A DNA stretch of 60,549 bases, the filler included, from Sphacelaria rigidula (taxonomy: Eukaryota): assembly GCA_964200075.2 (NCBI GenBank). It is 6 parts of 6 records of this genome, joined end to end, with 100 filler letters (N's around TTAATTAATTAA, not from the genome) between each part and the next. Parts side by side here need not be neighbours in the genome. Positions count along the whole stretch, not along the records: positions 30,330 to 40,337 come from CAXNAA020007328.1; positions 40,438 to 50,443 come from CAXNAA020007329.1; 4 more parts are not named here. One strand, 5' to 3'. Position 1 is the stretch's first letter; each line of letters opens with the position of its first letter. The translations under genes were made by a program, and so were the position numbers. The notes beneath the pieces were generated by a model. That model was not told the origin of the DNA and made no database searches. It saw only the letters and a program-made list of their open reading frames with translations. Shown here one piece after another: positions 34,101-47,400 of the stretch.

Positions 34101-37100
34101 GGCAGGGAAGAAAAAAGTGGTAAGAAGAGTAGCAACAAAGAAGAGAAGTAAGAAGATAAACAGGGAATGGAGGTAAGGTTACAAACCGAGAATACAAGGC
34201 AACAGCCAAGAGAGGATTGCAAGACTATCAACTTCGAGTAGTTCACCTCCCGCGTCCCCGGACTCCCCCCGTAGGGAGAAAGCAGGCTACTCTTTCAATC
34301 TTTCCAATCTTATCGTCCTCGCGGGGTGTCGTTGCCGTTTTTGTCCAAACGTCGGCGGATCCCTTTTTTTGCCCCCCCGTAGTGCAGCAACCTGTTGTTT
34401 GTAGGTCGGATCGCCGGAGTTCGTCGCGTCGTCATGCCCCCCAAAACTCCTCCGCTCCCTTTTCGACCTCGACGTGCCGTTTGCTCTCTTTGCCCTTGTC
34501 CTCAGAGACTATGACCCACTCGTGCGAACCGTTTGCCTCAGTACAGTAGACCAGTCGCTCCCTTCATTATCCTTTACGTGGGAGGGTTTTCTAGCGGACC
34601 GAGATTCTCCCCGAGGTGGTTCCCCCAGTGTTTCGGGGCCGGTCAGCCTCCTGGGATCCTTGTTCGATCAGCCGTCCGAATATGATACGCTGCTGGAGAA
34701 GTGTTTTGTTCTACCGGACAAGGACCTTTCGGGGGCTAGCCGGGGTTGGCAGCTGCGGATATGCTCGCATCGATACGTTCGCATCTCGTCACTTCAAGAA
34801 CAGATCTGTGCGACAGCCTTGTGTCCACTGCGATCCTTCCTACGGAATTCAACTGCTCTCAGTAAGAGCTTGTGCCGGGTAGTGCGCAGGCTCTCGAAGT
34901 TCTCTGTACTCCGTACCTGTGTGGCACAACCGCATAGCATGTCTCCCACCACCTTCGCCCTGAGCATTTGGATCCCCTGTGTCGATTGGACGATCGGGGC
35001 GATTTCTGAGGTCGCCATAGGCATACCCCTGTCGTAGCTGGAAGCGCCAAGCCTTCGGCATGAAACATCAAACGTTCACTTTCATAGAACTGCCTCCTCC
35101 CGGGGATTTTCGGCAGGGTTTGGAAAACGTCGAGTCGTTTCTAAAAAACGTTCGGACGGGGATGGGGCGCGATAATGATGATCCTAGGGGAGAAATATCA
35201 AAAAGAGATACGATCGCTCCCTAGATGTGGACCGCTGAAAACGACAACCTTCCCCCTTCCCCCGTAAATTTCCGTGGGAATGACGCAGGCGCGTGCTCAG
35301 CAGAGACGAAAACAAGACGGCGTCGGAAGGTTGGACGGTTCCGACGAGTCGGGGTCATCTGGAGGGAGTTTGAGTGATGGCAGCGATGGACTTGACGACG
35401 AAGAGGTAGTTTACGGTTCACAGGAGGATGGGTTGGAACCACCAGGCTCCGTTTTTTCCCCCCTCGTCTTGCCCCTTGTCCTTAAGAAGGGCGGTGGCAC
35501 ACGCCATGTGTGTGTCCTTATTCTTGTAAAAGGTGAGGGCTAGAAGGCTGTATTCTGTGTGTGACCGTATCATCGCCTCGGTGTTCTTGTGCACACTGTC
35601 GTGTCGCGGGAGCTACCAAGCGAAATAAAAAGAGAGTGAGAGAGATGGCATGACCGTTTGTGTCTTCTAGATGCACAGGATTGGCTCAACATCGGCGATT
35701 TCAAACTTCACGGTTTCAGACTCAGTGCACCCTCCAGAGTTCGCTGGGTTCATTAATCTTCGACTTCAACCTGAGTAGGCGGCTCCTTGGACATGAAGCA
35801 CTCTCAAGTGCCGTCGTCGCTCTCCAATGACGATGTCAGCGCTATTGATGACGTCGACGCAGGCTGTGTGGTGTTGAGACTGTCAGACTCAGAGCATGCG
35901 AAAACTCCTCCTGCCTTCGTGAACGTTGGTGAATGCTTCTCCATTAACGTTATGCCATGTCCTGATGTTGAATATGAAAGCAGCTCAACAGCTGTCGTGG
36001 ATTTTTCCATCCATATGGTACGCCTCTCTTCACCGCGAGCTTACGACACGCCTCCCATTGTATCGGCTGTGTTTTCTCAGTGCACATATCGCGCCCCTTT
36101 CCTGTCCCCCCTCCTCGGCGTTCTCTGTGGCGGGACGATACAGGTGGACGCAAGCCAGTATAAGCCTGGTCAGCTGCGCGTCAGGGTCATCATGGCCGAT
36201 TCGGGGACTACTGCCCAGCTTCGACGAGCAACGGCAGAATATTTGTCAACAATTCATATCCGCAATCCCGTGAGTCCGTAAGGTGAAGAAGGCGCTATTT
36301 TACTGTTTTTCGGCAACCATCGAAAAGCACCCTGAAAGGACACTCTCTACGATAGCCCCCTCTAAAAGTGCATGGTTTGAGGAGGTAAAGTCTTCACGTG
36401 AATCGAAGTGGAAAAAGCCGAGCACAACGAGCAGCTGTGAATTCCCACGCTTGGGTTCGTTCTCGCCAATGTCGCCAACCTGAATCCAAACCTCAGACGC
36501 TGTATGACCATTTTTTTGTGACACTTTTGGGCTGGTTTCGGGAGGGGGGCTATCGTAGAAAGTCTCAAAAAACATATCAGCAATACCTACAGAGGAGCAA
36601 GAGGCGGAAGACTGATTATGTATGAGATGCTGGAAATCCACGATGAATGTATTTTTGGCTTACCATACATGTAGAGAGCTTAGCATGTGTGATCAGTACA
36701 CAACTGTACCATGGTACCCTCGGTCGTAAGATAGGCCTTGCCGTGCCACACTGTGAGACCTTCGTACTATCCGGGGATATTTCAGGCACGTTGTGGCAAG
36801 CTATTTGGACCGTACCATGGTGCGACCCGACCTAGCGGCAGAACGGTTGTGGAACCCCCGTGTTTCAAGGGACAGCTAACGTGATGGGACCACGACTGTA
36901 CTCCTAGGTGGCTCGGTACAATCGAAAGCCTTATAACCGTTTCTTATCGGATCTAGGCTCTAGGTTCGGCTGACATCAACAACAACGCTTTCACTGTGAT
37001 GAAGGTGCACATTCGTTTCAACGCACATGTAGTGCTCGTTGGAGGCACACCAAAACCGCAACAGATCTCCCACGCTCTGGTCACGAAAAATCGTGCTTGT

Positions 37101-40011
37101 GCGTCCATCGTTGCTATTGGTGACCTGTAACGTAGTCATTTACGAGCATCGGGTAAACAGGAGTTCGGCAGGAGAGTCTGGCAGACGCGTGCCGTAGGAG
37201 TAAATTCCCTCGCTGAACCTTTCCCGTCGTGCGCTCCGCGTACCGATACACGACTAAGGATCTATGTCCGGATGGGTAAGGTGACTCGTGTACAGAGTCA
37301 AGCTGGGGATCATGAAAAGAGGTTTTCTCGGTGAGGAAGACCCTACCTGGATGCTGAAGAGGGATGTTGTCAAGTCTGAGATTACTTGGGTGGGGGGGGG
37401 CACTCCCACCTTAGTGCCTACCCGTAAATCTGACCCTCAAGGACTATTCAGCCCTAGGACTGGGTACGAAAGATACGGCGAGTGGGGCGCACTCGAATAT
37501 GCCGCCCGAAACTAGACATAGCGAAATGCATGGTAGAAGGCTCCTACCTGTCCTATCTGTCTCCTGGGGACGAAAAAAGCAAAAGTACCGATACGTGAAT
37601 TGTACCTCGTTTGTACGATACTCAGGACTCGTTGGGCCCGTATTACTGTGCATTTGAGCCTCTCATGGAAACTATGCCTCCAGATATATAGTATTGAAAA
37701 AACATCCTCAAAGTATTTCAATGTTTGTTCGTTGTTACCACGACAGGTGAAGCGTAGCGCGCTGTCGGCGTTTGCCTTGCAAAAGGTGGGCACCGCACTT
37801 GGCGTTGCTAGGATATTGCGGGCGTTGCCCCCGCATATACAGGTGATCTCTGCGTGTGCCTATTGACCTGCAAGGCAAAATCGGGGCATTTGAAGTCTAA
37901 TAACGCATACATGTATCGCAGGAAATACTGACGATGATACGTGAGAACCCGCATGCGATAGGTCCTCAGCAACAGAATAAACAGATGTATAAAGCCCCTG
38001 TGAAAGAACTGAAATTGTGCAATATTTACAGGGGGGCGGATCGATTTGTTTTCATCCGACGCCCACGTATTTTACGATAAATGGCGAATACGTCTTAAGC
38101 ATTTGTAGTATGTGTAATGGTCCGACTGTCGCCATCAGGGTGGAGAAAACGAGGGTACAATTCTCGACGCGTTGGGTTTTTTCTTCGTAGTATCTGGTTC
38201 CCACCGTGGAAAGCGCGAGAACATGAGTAACCGAAGTGTAGCTGACTGAGTTTGTGTGACGAGAGTGGACGCGGTGCGGGAGTGCTGACCCAATCCGCGA
38301 GATCGAAATGCAAGGCGTGTACCGGGGAGAGATGGGTTGATCCCTTGAGACCACAGACTCATCCCCAGGAAGGGGAGGGATTCGAAGTGAGACAAATAAT
38401 GTAAATAAAAAACATAGTATGAAGTGCACGGCTTATCACCTTCTTCATGGCAACTGCAGGGTACACTCGATTTCGCTTCGTTAGCTCCTAAACACACTGT
38501 TTCTCTTGCCCGTACTCATCCATGGATAAACGTTTCACGCTTTTCCCCGTTGATCAGTCTCACGCGTTTCCCCCCAAAGTACAGTACATTGTTTCTCACC
38601 GTCATTACATCTGCAGGGTATATGAGAAACCCGGTCTCGCTTCGTCAACGCCTAACACGCACTTATGTTCTTGTCCATATATCCATCCCGGTTGACCGTG
38701 TCACGCATTTCCCCCTTGAGTAACTAACGTGACTGCACCTGTACAGCCACAACTTCTTTTTCGTCAAACTTCCAACCCCTTCTTCCTCGGTGCGAGTCCG
38801 TGGTCTCAAGGGATCAGTCCATCTCTCCACGGAACACGCTTGGCATCTTGGTCTCGCGGATTGGATCATGACCACCAGCACTCTCGCTACGCGTCAACTC
38901 TCTTCAAACAAAACTCTATCCACCTTATTTTGGCTACTACTCACATCCTGACGCCTTCTACAGCGGAAATCAAAATAAAATATTTCGGAGAAAAAAAAAG
39001 ACGAACCTGGCGGGAATCGAACAGGCACTCTCTCCACCATAATAATGGTATCCGTTGAACCATTAGACCATCGGGGCGCGGCGGAACTGCAAAGCCCAAT
39101 TTCGACGGCGCACTCATGTCTTTGACCACCTGTTGCTAATTATTCCGAGATATGGCCGGTGATCCGTAGTGTAGGTGTAAATGGATGCCACTTGAACGTG
39201 GGCGCTCACAGGAGCTGATGAAAAATACGTAATCTTGACCGACAGGCTTGCAGCGGCCTGGTCTCATGGTTGGGACGGCGGATGCCATGAGCCGTCCTTC
39301 ACCAATCGTTTGGTTGTGTGTGCTGCCGCCCCATGGTCAACACGAGGGCCGCACCCGCCACATCTCCGTTCCCCACCACGGTTGATATCGATGCATCGTT
39401 GCTTCTGGTATGTCGCCTCACGTTTATGCAGGCAATAAATATGTCCCTCCACCAAAAACCGGACATTCCAACCAACCTCAACAGACTCGTCTAGCGGATG
39501 GATGTCTAGCTAGAAACATTCGCATTGACGCGACATGAATTTAAGCGCGAACAAGCACGTTTATACACGACTCACTATGCATGACTTCGGACCTCTTTTT
39601 GATGTGCTCTAGCAAACCTCCTGATACCCCCTACTACCTATTTCCTCGTTCCCCTTCAGCAGCGATTGCTCATACGATCATTTCAATCACCAACCCTCAT
39701 CGTTGACAACGTTCGTGGGAGGGCAACTCATTTTCGTCGTGTTCCATGGCATATTCAACGGGGGCAGAAACAGGGGTCTCCGCCTTTTGCGTATTGTTAA
39801 CGAGATCGTTTGAATGTGTGCTGACGACAATATAGTCGTGTCTACATCAAAACATTCCGAGGTCCTTTCAATCAAAACCATTGCGTTTCCATGTTGTGTT
39901 GTCTGCAAGTGGATCTGTTTTGTTCCCTCTGTTTCGAGTCGATCTATTTGAACCATAGCTCGTGCAGGTCACAGGAAAAAGGCCGCCTACGTGGAAGCAG
40001 CGCTCCCGTTG
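31179..40011 (+). CDS. Multi-exon hypothetical protein (internal part, unidentified)
   Basis: GT-AG exons at about 31179-31311 (DIRRIAAS...VVR), 31850-32125 (ELQSLEKWL...LCWLYLPA), 33339-33575, 35289-35405, 35779-36017, 36143-36268 (VDASQYKPGQLRVRV...), 37747-37842 and 39968-40011. Most junctions are phase-consistent; one (35405/35779) is unresolved. Confidence 0.65.
33000..33220 (+). repeat. Family-B structured repeat, partial copy
   Basis: GGTCCGGCGAAAACCGGGCGTGCTCCGTCCCGGCTT...TGACTATGGCATGCCTGATCATGAGTAC. Confidence 0.8.
34300..35060 (-). mobile_element. Decayed RTE-clade LINE fragment (post-RT C-terminal region)
   Basis: Broken frame IQMLRAKVVGDMLCGCATQVRSTENFESLRTTRHKLLLRAVEFRRKDR resembles the RTE motif KxRMLxAxVxxxxLYGCxTW...LRxxHHxxLxRxIG. 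It contains stops and frameshifts. Confidence 0.7.
37270..37630 (+). mobile_element. Possible 5' region fragment of an RTE-like LINE
   Basis: Non-coding tract (CTCGGTGAGGAAG...GCCCTAGGACTGGGTACGAAAG...GGCGAGTGGG) that I recall resembling brown-algal RTE leaders. Not verified. Confidence 0.35.
38105..38378 (+). mobile_element. tRNA-SINE family 2 copy
   Basis: Degenerate box A (TGTGTAATGG) and box B (GGGTACAATTCTC). Colinear with 21135-21425; ends at GGAAGGGGAGGG. Confidence 0.75.
38775..39078 (-). mobile_element. tRNA-SINE family 2 copy, inverted
   Basis: Minus-strand head GCGCCCCGATGGTCTAATGG (box A)...GTTCGATTCCC (box B). Body matches 38105-38378. Confidence 0.75.
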
Positions 40012-40337
40012 GTAATGTGTACACGTAGCAGCGGGAACGTATGTCGAATTTTGCTATAGCTCTTGCGTACACTGTGCCGCATTACACGCATAAAGATGAT
40101 GAAGCACGATGAGGTAATTTGACAACCCCCCAATCCCCGACTCCCTCCTTCTCACGGTTTCTGATGATCACTGCGTAATTAACGCCATCAGAAGTGCTCC
40201 TCGCCTCCCGGCGTCTCATAGAGTTTGATGTGTCATTCATGAAACCCACGTACAGATCCCCCCCCCCCCCCCCCTGCCCCGTCTCGCACAGGCTGCGTGG
40301 GCAAGGGTGAAAAACATAAGGCAACAAACAAAGAAGA

Positions 40338-40437
40338 NNNNNNNNNNNNNNNNNNNNNNNNNNNNNNNNNNNNNNNNNNNNTTAATTAATTAANNNNNNN
40401 NNNNNNNNNNNNNNNNNNNNNNNNNNNNNNNNNNNNN
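40338..40437. other. Artificial contig spacer
   Basis: Ns with TTAATTAATTAA. Confidence 0.99.
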
Positions 40438-40496
<59 letters not shown>

Positions 40497-40506
40497 AATA
40501 ATAATA
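40438..40506. repeat. (ATA)n/(ATG) microsatellite at contig start
   Basis: Directly visible trinucleotide run. Confidence 0.95.
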
Positions 40507-41411
40507 AAGGTTAACGACCAATTGACTTCAACATTTCCCGAGGAAATGACTTCATCTGCCTCGTTTGTTGAAAGCGAAGCAGTTCGATAAGGAACCCGGC
40601 TTCGTTGACACGACGGCGTCACTCTAAGAAGGCCCGTCGGCTTGTCATAAATCCATAAAGATTACGCATGTCTCGGCCAAAAAACACCTACATTAGCGGA
40701 ACAACTGCTTGTTTTCCCTACGGCTCATAAGTACTGATAATCCAACCGCCTACAAAATGACAATGGTGGTATACACCTTAGTCGAACGCAACTATTGCCG
40801 GATTCACCGACGCACTAACATCCGAGTCACGTGCATACATATATTGCTGCAGATGGAAATCGCCTAGAGTGGCAACGAAGCCTGTACCCACATCATGCCG
40901 TCCCTTCCGGCAAGTGTGCCGTGAATACAGCGTACCTGTAACTCACGCACCGCAGTGACGACAATAGTTCCGTTATAATGGCCGCGCGTGAGTTGAAAAA
41001 CGTAGTCGCATTTGGTTAATCAAATGGAAAGCCATACTTTGACTGTGAACGGACAATGCCAGGTGTATCAAGGCAGCCTGTACCAACAAGGTCTGCTGGC
41101 AGAAGCTCGCCGGGTTCTCTGCCAACGACACAATCGCGGGCTCAAGCTGGAGCTGACTGAAGGCGTGGCGGCAGTAGGGGTGGGGAGAAACTCCATCGGA
41201 GCGGTGGTTACGGCCTCACGACCCTACAAAAAGGTAGCAGTAGTACTGAAACACGCAATCAGAGCTTACGATGCCGCGTGTTGCGGCGAGAAAGCTGTCA
41301 AACGTTCAGCGTATCGAGACGCCCAAGCCACTCTTTCACAGCGAAGGGGAACTGCACGTCAAGTATCGCAGTTGGTTTACCACTGACATTCCCGATCCCC
41401 TGTTGTTGCAG

Positions 41412-44400
41412 GTCACGTTGGAAATGTCCTCCAGCCTGACGCTGAGGGAATGCCCCGACCCACCGGGGTATATCTCAACAACGCTCGATGTCATTCAGGT
41501 TAGAGGTGTTCAGCTCAATCAGACAAGAGGAGTCAAGGGGACGTTGAACGGGTAGCCAGGAGCAGTGAAACGTAGTGCGGTTGAATGTAATATGCTTTCG
41601 TGGCGCTGAATTATGGATGCTGTCACCATGATCCACAACAGGATACGAAAAGATATGACCGGCGGGTGACGAAAGCGAATTAAAATATGTATATCCGATA
41701 TGTGCAGGTCGCCGGTTCGATTGATCGTGGCGATACTGTAGGTGACGTACAAAATCTTCTCCTTGATGACAGCCCAAACGTCAGAGATATAGGTTGACGT
41801 TAGTATGGCAGTTGACATGAGTGACAGTTGACTGACTGCTGTATCTTGAAGCGGATGGCGTTTAGTCTTGGAAGATGATCATTTGTGGAGTGTTTGGTTT
41901 GGGATAGAGGCATAAGTGCCCTCATCGGATGCTGTCCTCCCTGTATTCGGTGAGCAACATCGTAGATTGATTCAACGTCGCGTATGATGACTTCCTATGG
42001 GCAACGCAAGTGAACTGAAGTACTTGGTTGGGGACCTAGCTTTCTTTCTACGATTATGGGGCTTCTAGTGGGATCCGGTTCTCTGCTTACACTTGCAACT
42101 ATAGCACTAATCTACCAGCATGAGGTGTCAAATTTTAGAATTTCGGCAACCTGCGAGAACAATTTCTGCGCTAATACCCTCTTTCGGAACCAACATATTC
42201 CAACGAGTGAGCGAACTGCTCCACTGTCCCAGGATTCCACTGGCGTGAGCAATCTCTTCGTGCTCGATCTTTGCGATACGGCGAACACACAAGACCCACG
42301 GGATGGACGTACCAGTCTCATGACGGCGGTCATAGACAACAACGAGGTACGAGAGCAACTGACCAAGGAAACGGAGAAATAGAGGAAATGCAACGAGCGG
42401 ACACCACTTCAATCAGAGAAATATCAGCGTGCTTAGATCATGTTGCGTTGTGCCTTCGAATGCACCGCCGCTAGCTTTTAGATCGCAGGTGTTCAACCAA
42501 TCTAACCCCCCATCCTGCAGCTTATTTCTTGCAATACATATCATTGAATATTCTCTCCCGCAAGAGACTCTCCCGTGTTTGCAAATTCCCTGCACGCAGT
42601 CTTCAACAAAATTCACGGTCATGTTGAACGAACTTGGGTGGTATCTCCCTCACGGAGCAAACGTGCTTCCGACACATAGTATCTTCAGATGTCGCCCACG
42701 GTCAACCGCGATGTTTCGCGCCCGAAGAGCAATGGCAAGTTTCGATCTCCAATCGATTCTGCGCAAGGTGTACAGATCGACACCGAATCTCACATGATCT
42801 CCCGGATCGAACCTACAATGGACACATGAACGCCGTCACTGCATGTGATAAGTTGGCATGAACACACTGAAAGCTATGGCGAGAAAAACGTGCATCTCCT
42901 TAGCACCGTTATCAGCAAACGGCCCGAGTGGATCATTGCCCCCGACATTTTCCAGACATTTCGGTTCCTTCTGTAGGTCCCTGTTTCTCATGACCGGTAT
43001 GCGTGATGCGGTTAAGCGTTAGTATACCCGTACTTCGGGTTGCATCTGTTTTTCACGTGATGATTTGATCCACCTAACGAAGGCTCAGTGCCAAGCCGTT
43101 GTTTACGAAGCGCAACTCTACTCCGGGTCGTTGGTATTCATTACAATATGCCTTCACTTTGGTTTGAGTGACATTGGTTGGTTGATTGATTGACTGATTG
43201 AGGCACATGAAACTGTCTGCCAGCCAACACTGAATATAATCACCACATATCAACCACCTCTTTCCCGTCTACTTACTCTCAGGCCCTTGTGGGGCGACCG
43301 TTGACTGATAGCGTGGATAATATTATCGTCGACATGAACGGTTACACCGTCGTAGAGGTCGTAAAGCTATCATATGATCTTCCCCGTGTTTCTTAAACAT
43401 TGTTTGCGAAGTCTACATAGTTTCGCCGCTGCCGCGATCGCAAATCGCTATAATTCTTCCTACCACGCCCTTATTTACTAGTGGTTTCTCAATCTGTTTT
43501 CAAGCCTGAGTGTTCCATGTATCCCCATTTTGATCGAGCGCGGGCGTTTGCAGAGAAGACACCCGCTGAAGGCTCCGAGACCGCGTGCACCGACATGTAG
43601 AACCAAAGGGCTCTCCGTGACAACGTCGTCCGCAAACGCGATGGAACAAATAGCGCTTGTTTCCAATGACACGGATATATAAACGAAATCGTACATCGTG
43701 TATTCCCCAATCTTCCCGACTATTGCGTTTAGATTGATTCCAAAATCCGCTGATTTCCATGAACTACCGTCTCATGCACATACAACGGTAGGCGCTTGTG
43801 GAGCGGCTACTGGCTGAAGGCGTCGATATCGCGCTTGTCGACACGCAAAGTCGCACAGCTCTTCTTCACAGTGTCATCCATAAGCACGACGCCATCACTG
43901 ATATACTTCTGGCTCACCACAGCGTCATGGTCAGGAGTCGTCTCAAAGGGAAACGAACGCGTCAAGATAGAGGAGCAGCCTCTTTTCGTGGGCGCGCAGG
44001 GTATGGCACATCCAGCAAATGGGGGCAAGGGGAGAGCGGAGTGGGCGTTGCTGTTGATGGCGCATTTGATGCGGTGTCAGGCATTCAGGTTTGGACGATT
44101 CCGCCGTTCTAGCGTACTCCAACCAAAAGGATAACAACATCGCGCTCTATCACTGTAAGCTTCTACATCTTGAATGAAAAATTTCCTGCGGGGATTAAGC
44201 ATTAATCTTTACCCAGTAGGGGGGAGAGGAGGGTGGCGAGATCGGGGTGTGTGACGGGTGGTTGGATACGTGAGCTGATATGCGATATGCGAGGTTCGTG
44301 ATTTCCGTTTGCCCTGTGATCAGTGCATACACATGAGTTGATATGTTTTTGGTCATCCCGATCTCAACTCTCTGCCTCCCCCGGTACAACCCCCACATTC

Positions 44401-47400
44401 TGGTATCGTTGGTTGGACAAGTACCCCCTAACGGTGTCGACTGTCGTCAAACAAGCTTCCTTCGCCACTCAAATTCTCATGTCGAACGGCGAGAATGAAA
44501 TGCTTCTCCGAAGTAAACGAATGCATCAACCGTGGTTTGAAATGGTGCTTTTCCTCCTTGACTGATTCCTGGTGTACCCATTGAACCACCACACGGGTGG
44601 CCCCTGGGGTACCTGGAAATTCAAAATTGTACGTTACAGACGTTGCACAACGCCTGCAATATCCAATTTTTAAGTTACAGGCACCCCGGGGGCCACCCGT
44701 GCAGGGTATGGCAGTGATTGATTGGCTGAACAAATTGATCAAGTGTCGAACATGAACTGATCCTCAGAAGTCAAGTTGCGGTGACATGATGGACATACCC
44801 GAAATAAACGAAAGCGGAAATGATCGCTACGGGCAGTGAAGAAAACAGAAAGGTTGAACAGACATGAAGAAAAACTGAAAATGGCCGACCTCTGCAACAT
44901 GGCTTCAGGTGGGAAAAGTCTTGGGCAACGGAGCCATGCTACGATAGGGGGGGGGCGTACTCATTTGTTGCTTGCCTTAGTCGTTCCACGATCGACCACA
45001 TCGCTTTCGAGACGGAGCAACGATAGGGGGGGGGGGGGGGGGGGTGATTCCGCGAAAAAATAGGCTCAGATGCGCCAAAAGACCTGGAACACTCGTAGTG
45101 CGCTTGTATTTGGATAAAAGCGGTGTAAGGTAGAATGAATGAGCGTTATATATCGGGGGCGAGCGCCTTCGAACAACTGTTGGCCGCTTCAAACAGCGAT
45201 TGAAGTGGAATTTCGTGGAACCCCCCCTTCCCCCCCCCTTATCGTAGCATGGCTCAACAGCACACACATCCATACTTGATCAAGAAAAAACCCCAAAAGC
45301 CGTGGGAACAGATTACGACTCATCTAGGTTGGCCACACCGTGGGGGTACGAGCTCTCACCCATGAACCCAACGGAAACAAGGCACCATAATGCGACTGGC
45401 ATACAGCGGGAGGAACACACACATATCTAGAGGGATATTGGAAGATATAGAGAGGGAATAGAGAGGGAGACTATAGAAGTATTGAAGCCCAAAGACATCG
45501 TGCAGTAGATCAGGTACAAACACACAAACCAGGGGACGCCGCAAAATTACTGACTGAGGACAAATTAACAACCGATAGGGAAATACAGGGGTATATGAGT
45601 TTCTGTGTTAGCCCTGCTTCCTCCATCCACCGCTAGTCGTGCACAAAGCGAGTTATTTTCACGACCATGTACATCCTGGATTCCTCGAGCGCTGTTGCTG
45701 CTGTTGTGCTAGCGGTGCAAGCTCTCCGATTTGCGACTCTCGATGCAGCAGCCTCTCGTGTGTAGCGGAGGTCCGATTCACGTTTGCCTTCGCGTAGCCA
45801 CGTGTCCTCGACCTCTCCCGCCACTTTCTCGCCCCCAAGATGTCATCCACCCATATTCTTCGTCACAGTGCTACAATATAGCCATGTAATTGATATCTGC
45901 AGCCCATGTGACGATTGTACCATATTTAAAACCTTTACCGGACGGGTGTCTTGTACTCATCATCATATTTTCTCGGGTTCAAATGAACACGGCGGTCAGG
46001 TTCGCATGACCCTCAACGTTCGTTATACCTGTTGACTATCGTGTGCTATGGGATGGTCTTCTTTGACTTGTTCAAAGTGATTCTTTCGAAACCCAATTTA
46101 CTCTGTGGTGACTAGTGCGTGGGGCTTCTAGTGCTGGAGTTTATAGTACTGTGACTTAGCCAGGCAGCACACTGTCAAAGGTCAACCATGATTTTCGTGT
46201 CCAACCGAAGCAGCTAATCCTACGGCCTATTTATTTGGCCACTTTTTTCTCAAACTAGAGAAGTAGTGTACCATCGCGGCTCCCTCTGTCAATGCAACGG
46301 GAACTTCTTGCGTTGAAACGTTTGTAGGTAGGCAATGCCAGATGTTGAGTTAAACAAAAAGAACACCGTTTGCGCGTCCGTCCAGAACATCTACAATAGT
46401 TCAGATGCCTCTTTGCATATGCACGAAGTAGCACGTGTTTATTCGCCGCGCAACTCATGATTTGATTGTATGAATTCCAAACCCATGCACCGATTAGGTC
46501 GTATAAATCGTCACTTCAATTCATATAATCCCATATATTTTCGTTCAAGTTTTGGGGAAAATAGTACGCGACAAAATAGTTCTTGATAGACTGTCTCGCC
46601 GTCAAATCCGATTTTGATGGGCAAGTGAGAATGTTACCTCACCGCCGCACGATATTGTAATGCATGAGAGGACCGCATGCTTAGAGGACCGCATGCTTAG
46701 AGGACCGCATTTGAATTTGAACATCCCTATGGCTGGGGTTAGGGTTAGTGTTAGGGTTAGTGTTGGGGTTAGGGTCAGGGGCGTGGTCCCTTCAGGGACT
46801 GGCCCGATTGGTTTCGAAAAACGTCGATCCTGGGGTGTTTTGGACTACGGCACGATCCTCTAAGCCCGCGGTCCTCTCACGCATTACAATATTTCCAATT
46901 TCGATTTTCGGAATTCCTTAGCTGCATTCACAATTCATTGGATGGGCCCTCTAAGATCAATGTAGACAGGTGATGCCGCAGCAACTCCGAAGCATCGATG
47001 GAGGCATTCCAATGTAGCATCCTTTTCAACCATGAACCAGCGGGAACGGTGTTGAGTTTCCTACCACGCTGATGGAAAGTGTTTCCTCTTGTGGGCATTT
47101 TCCGCTTCACCTGCCTTCGCGTAAATCTCTGCAAGTTTGTGACAGATCTTTTTGTTGCTTCAGCGGGAAACTTCCAGAGGCATGTTTTATCGCCGGGTGA
47201 CGCTGGGTACCTTCCTTTTCTTTTTGGTCAACAATCTTCCGGTGCCCTTCGCTTGGACTTCCACATGCATATTGATATATCGAAAATAACTTTGTACTAC
47301 GACTGGTAATGGTCCTCACGTCATGTTTTCTGCTACCATTTTCACGGCCTGGTTGACTTTGACGGGTAATTTTACCTTTTGCTGTGATCGCGGGTCGGAT

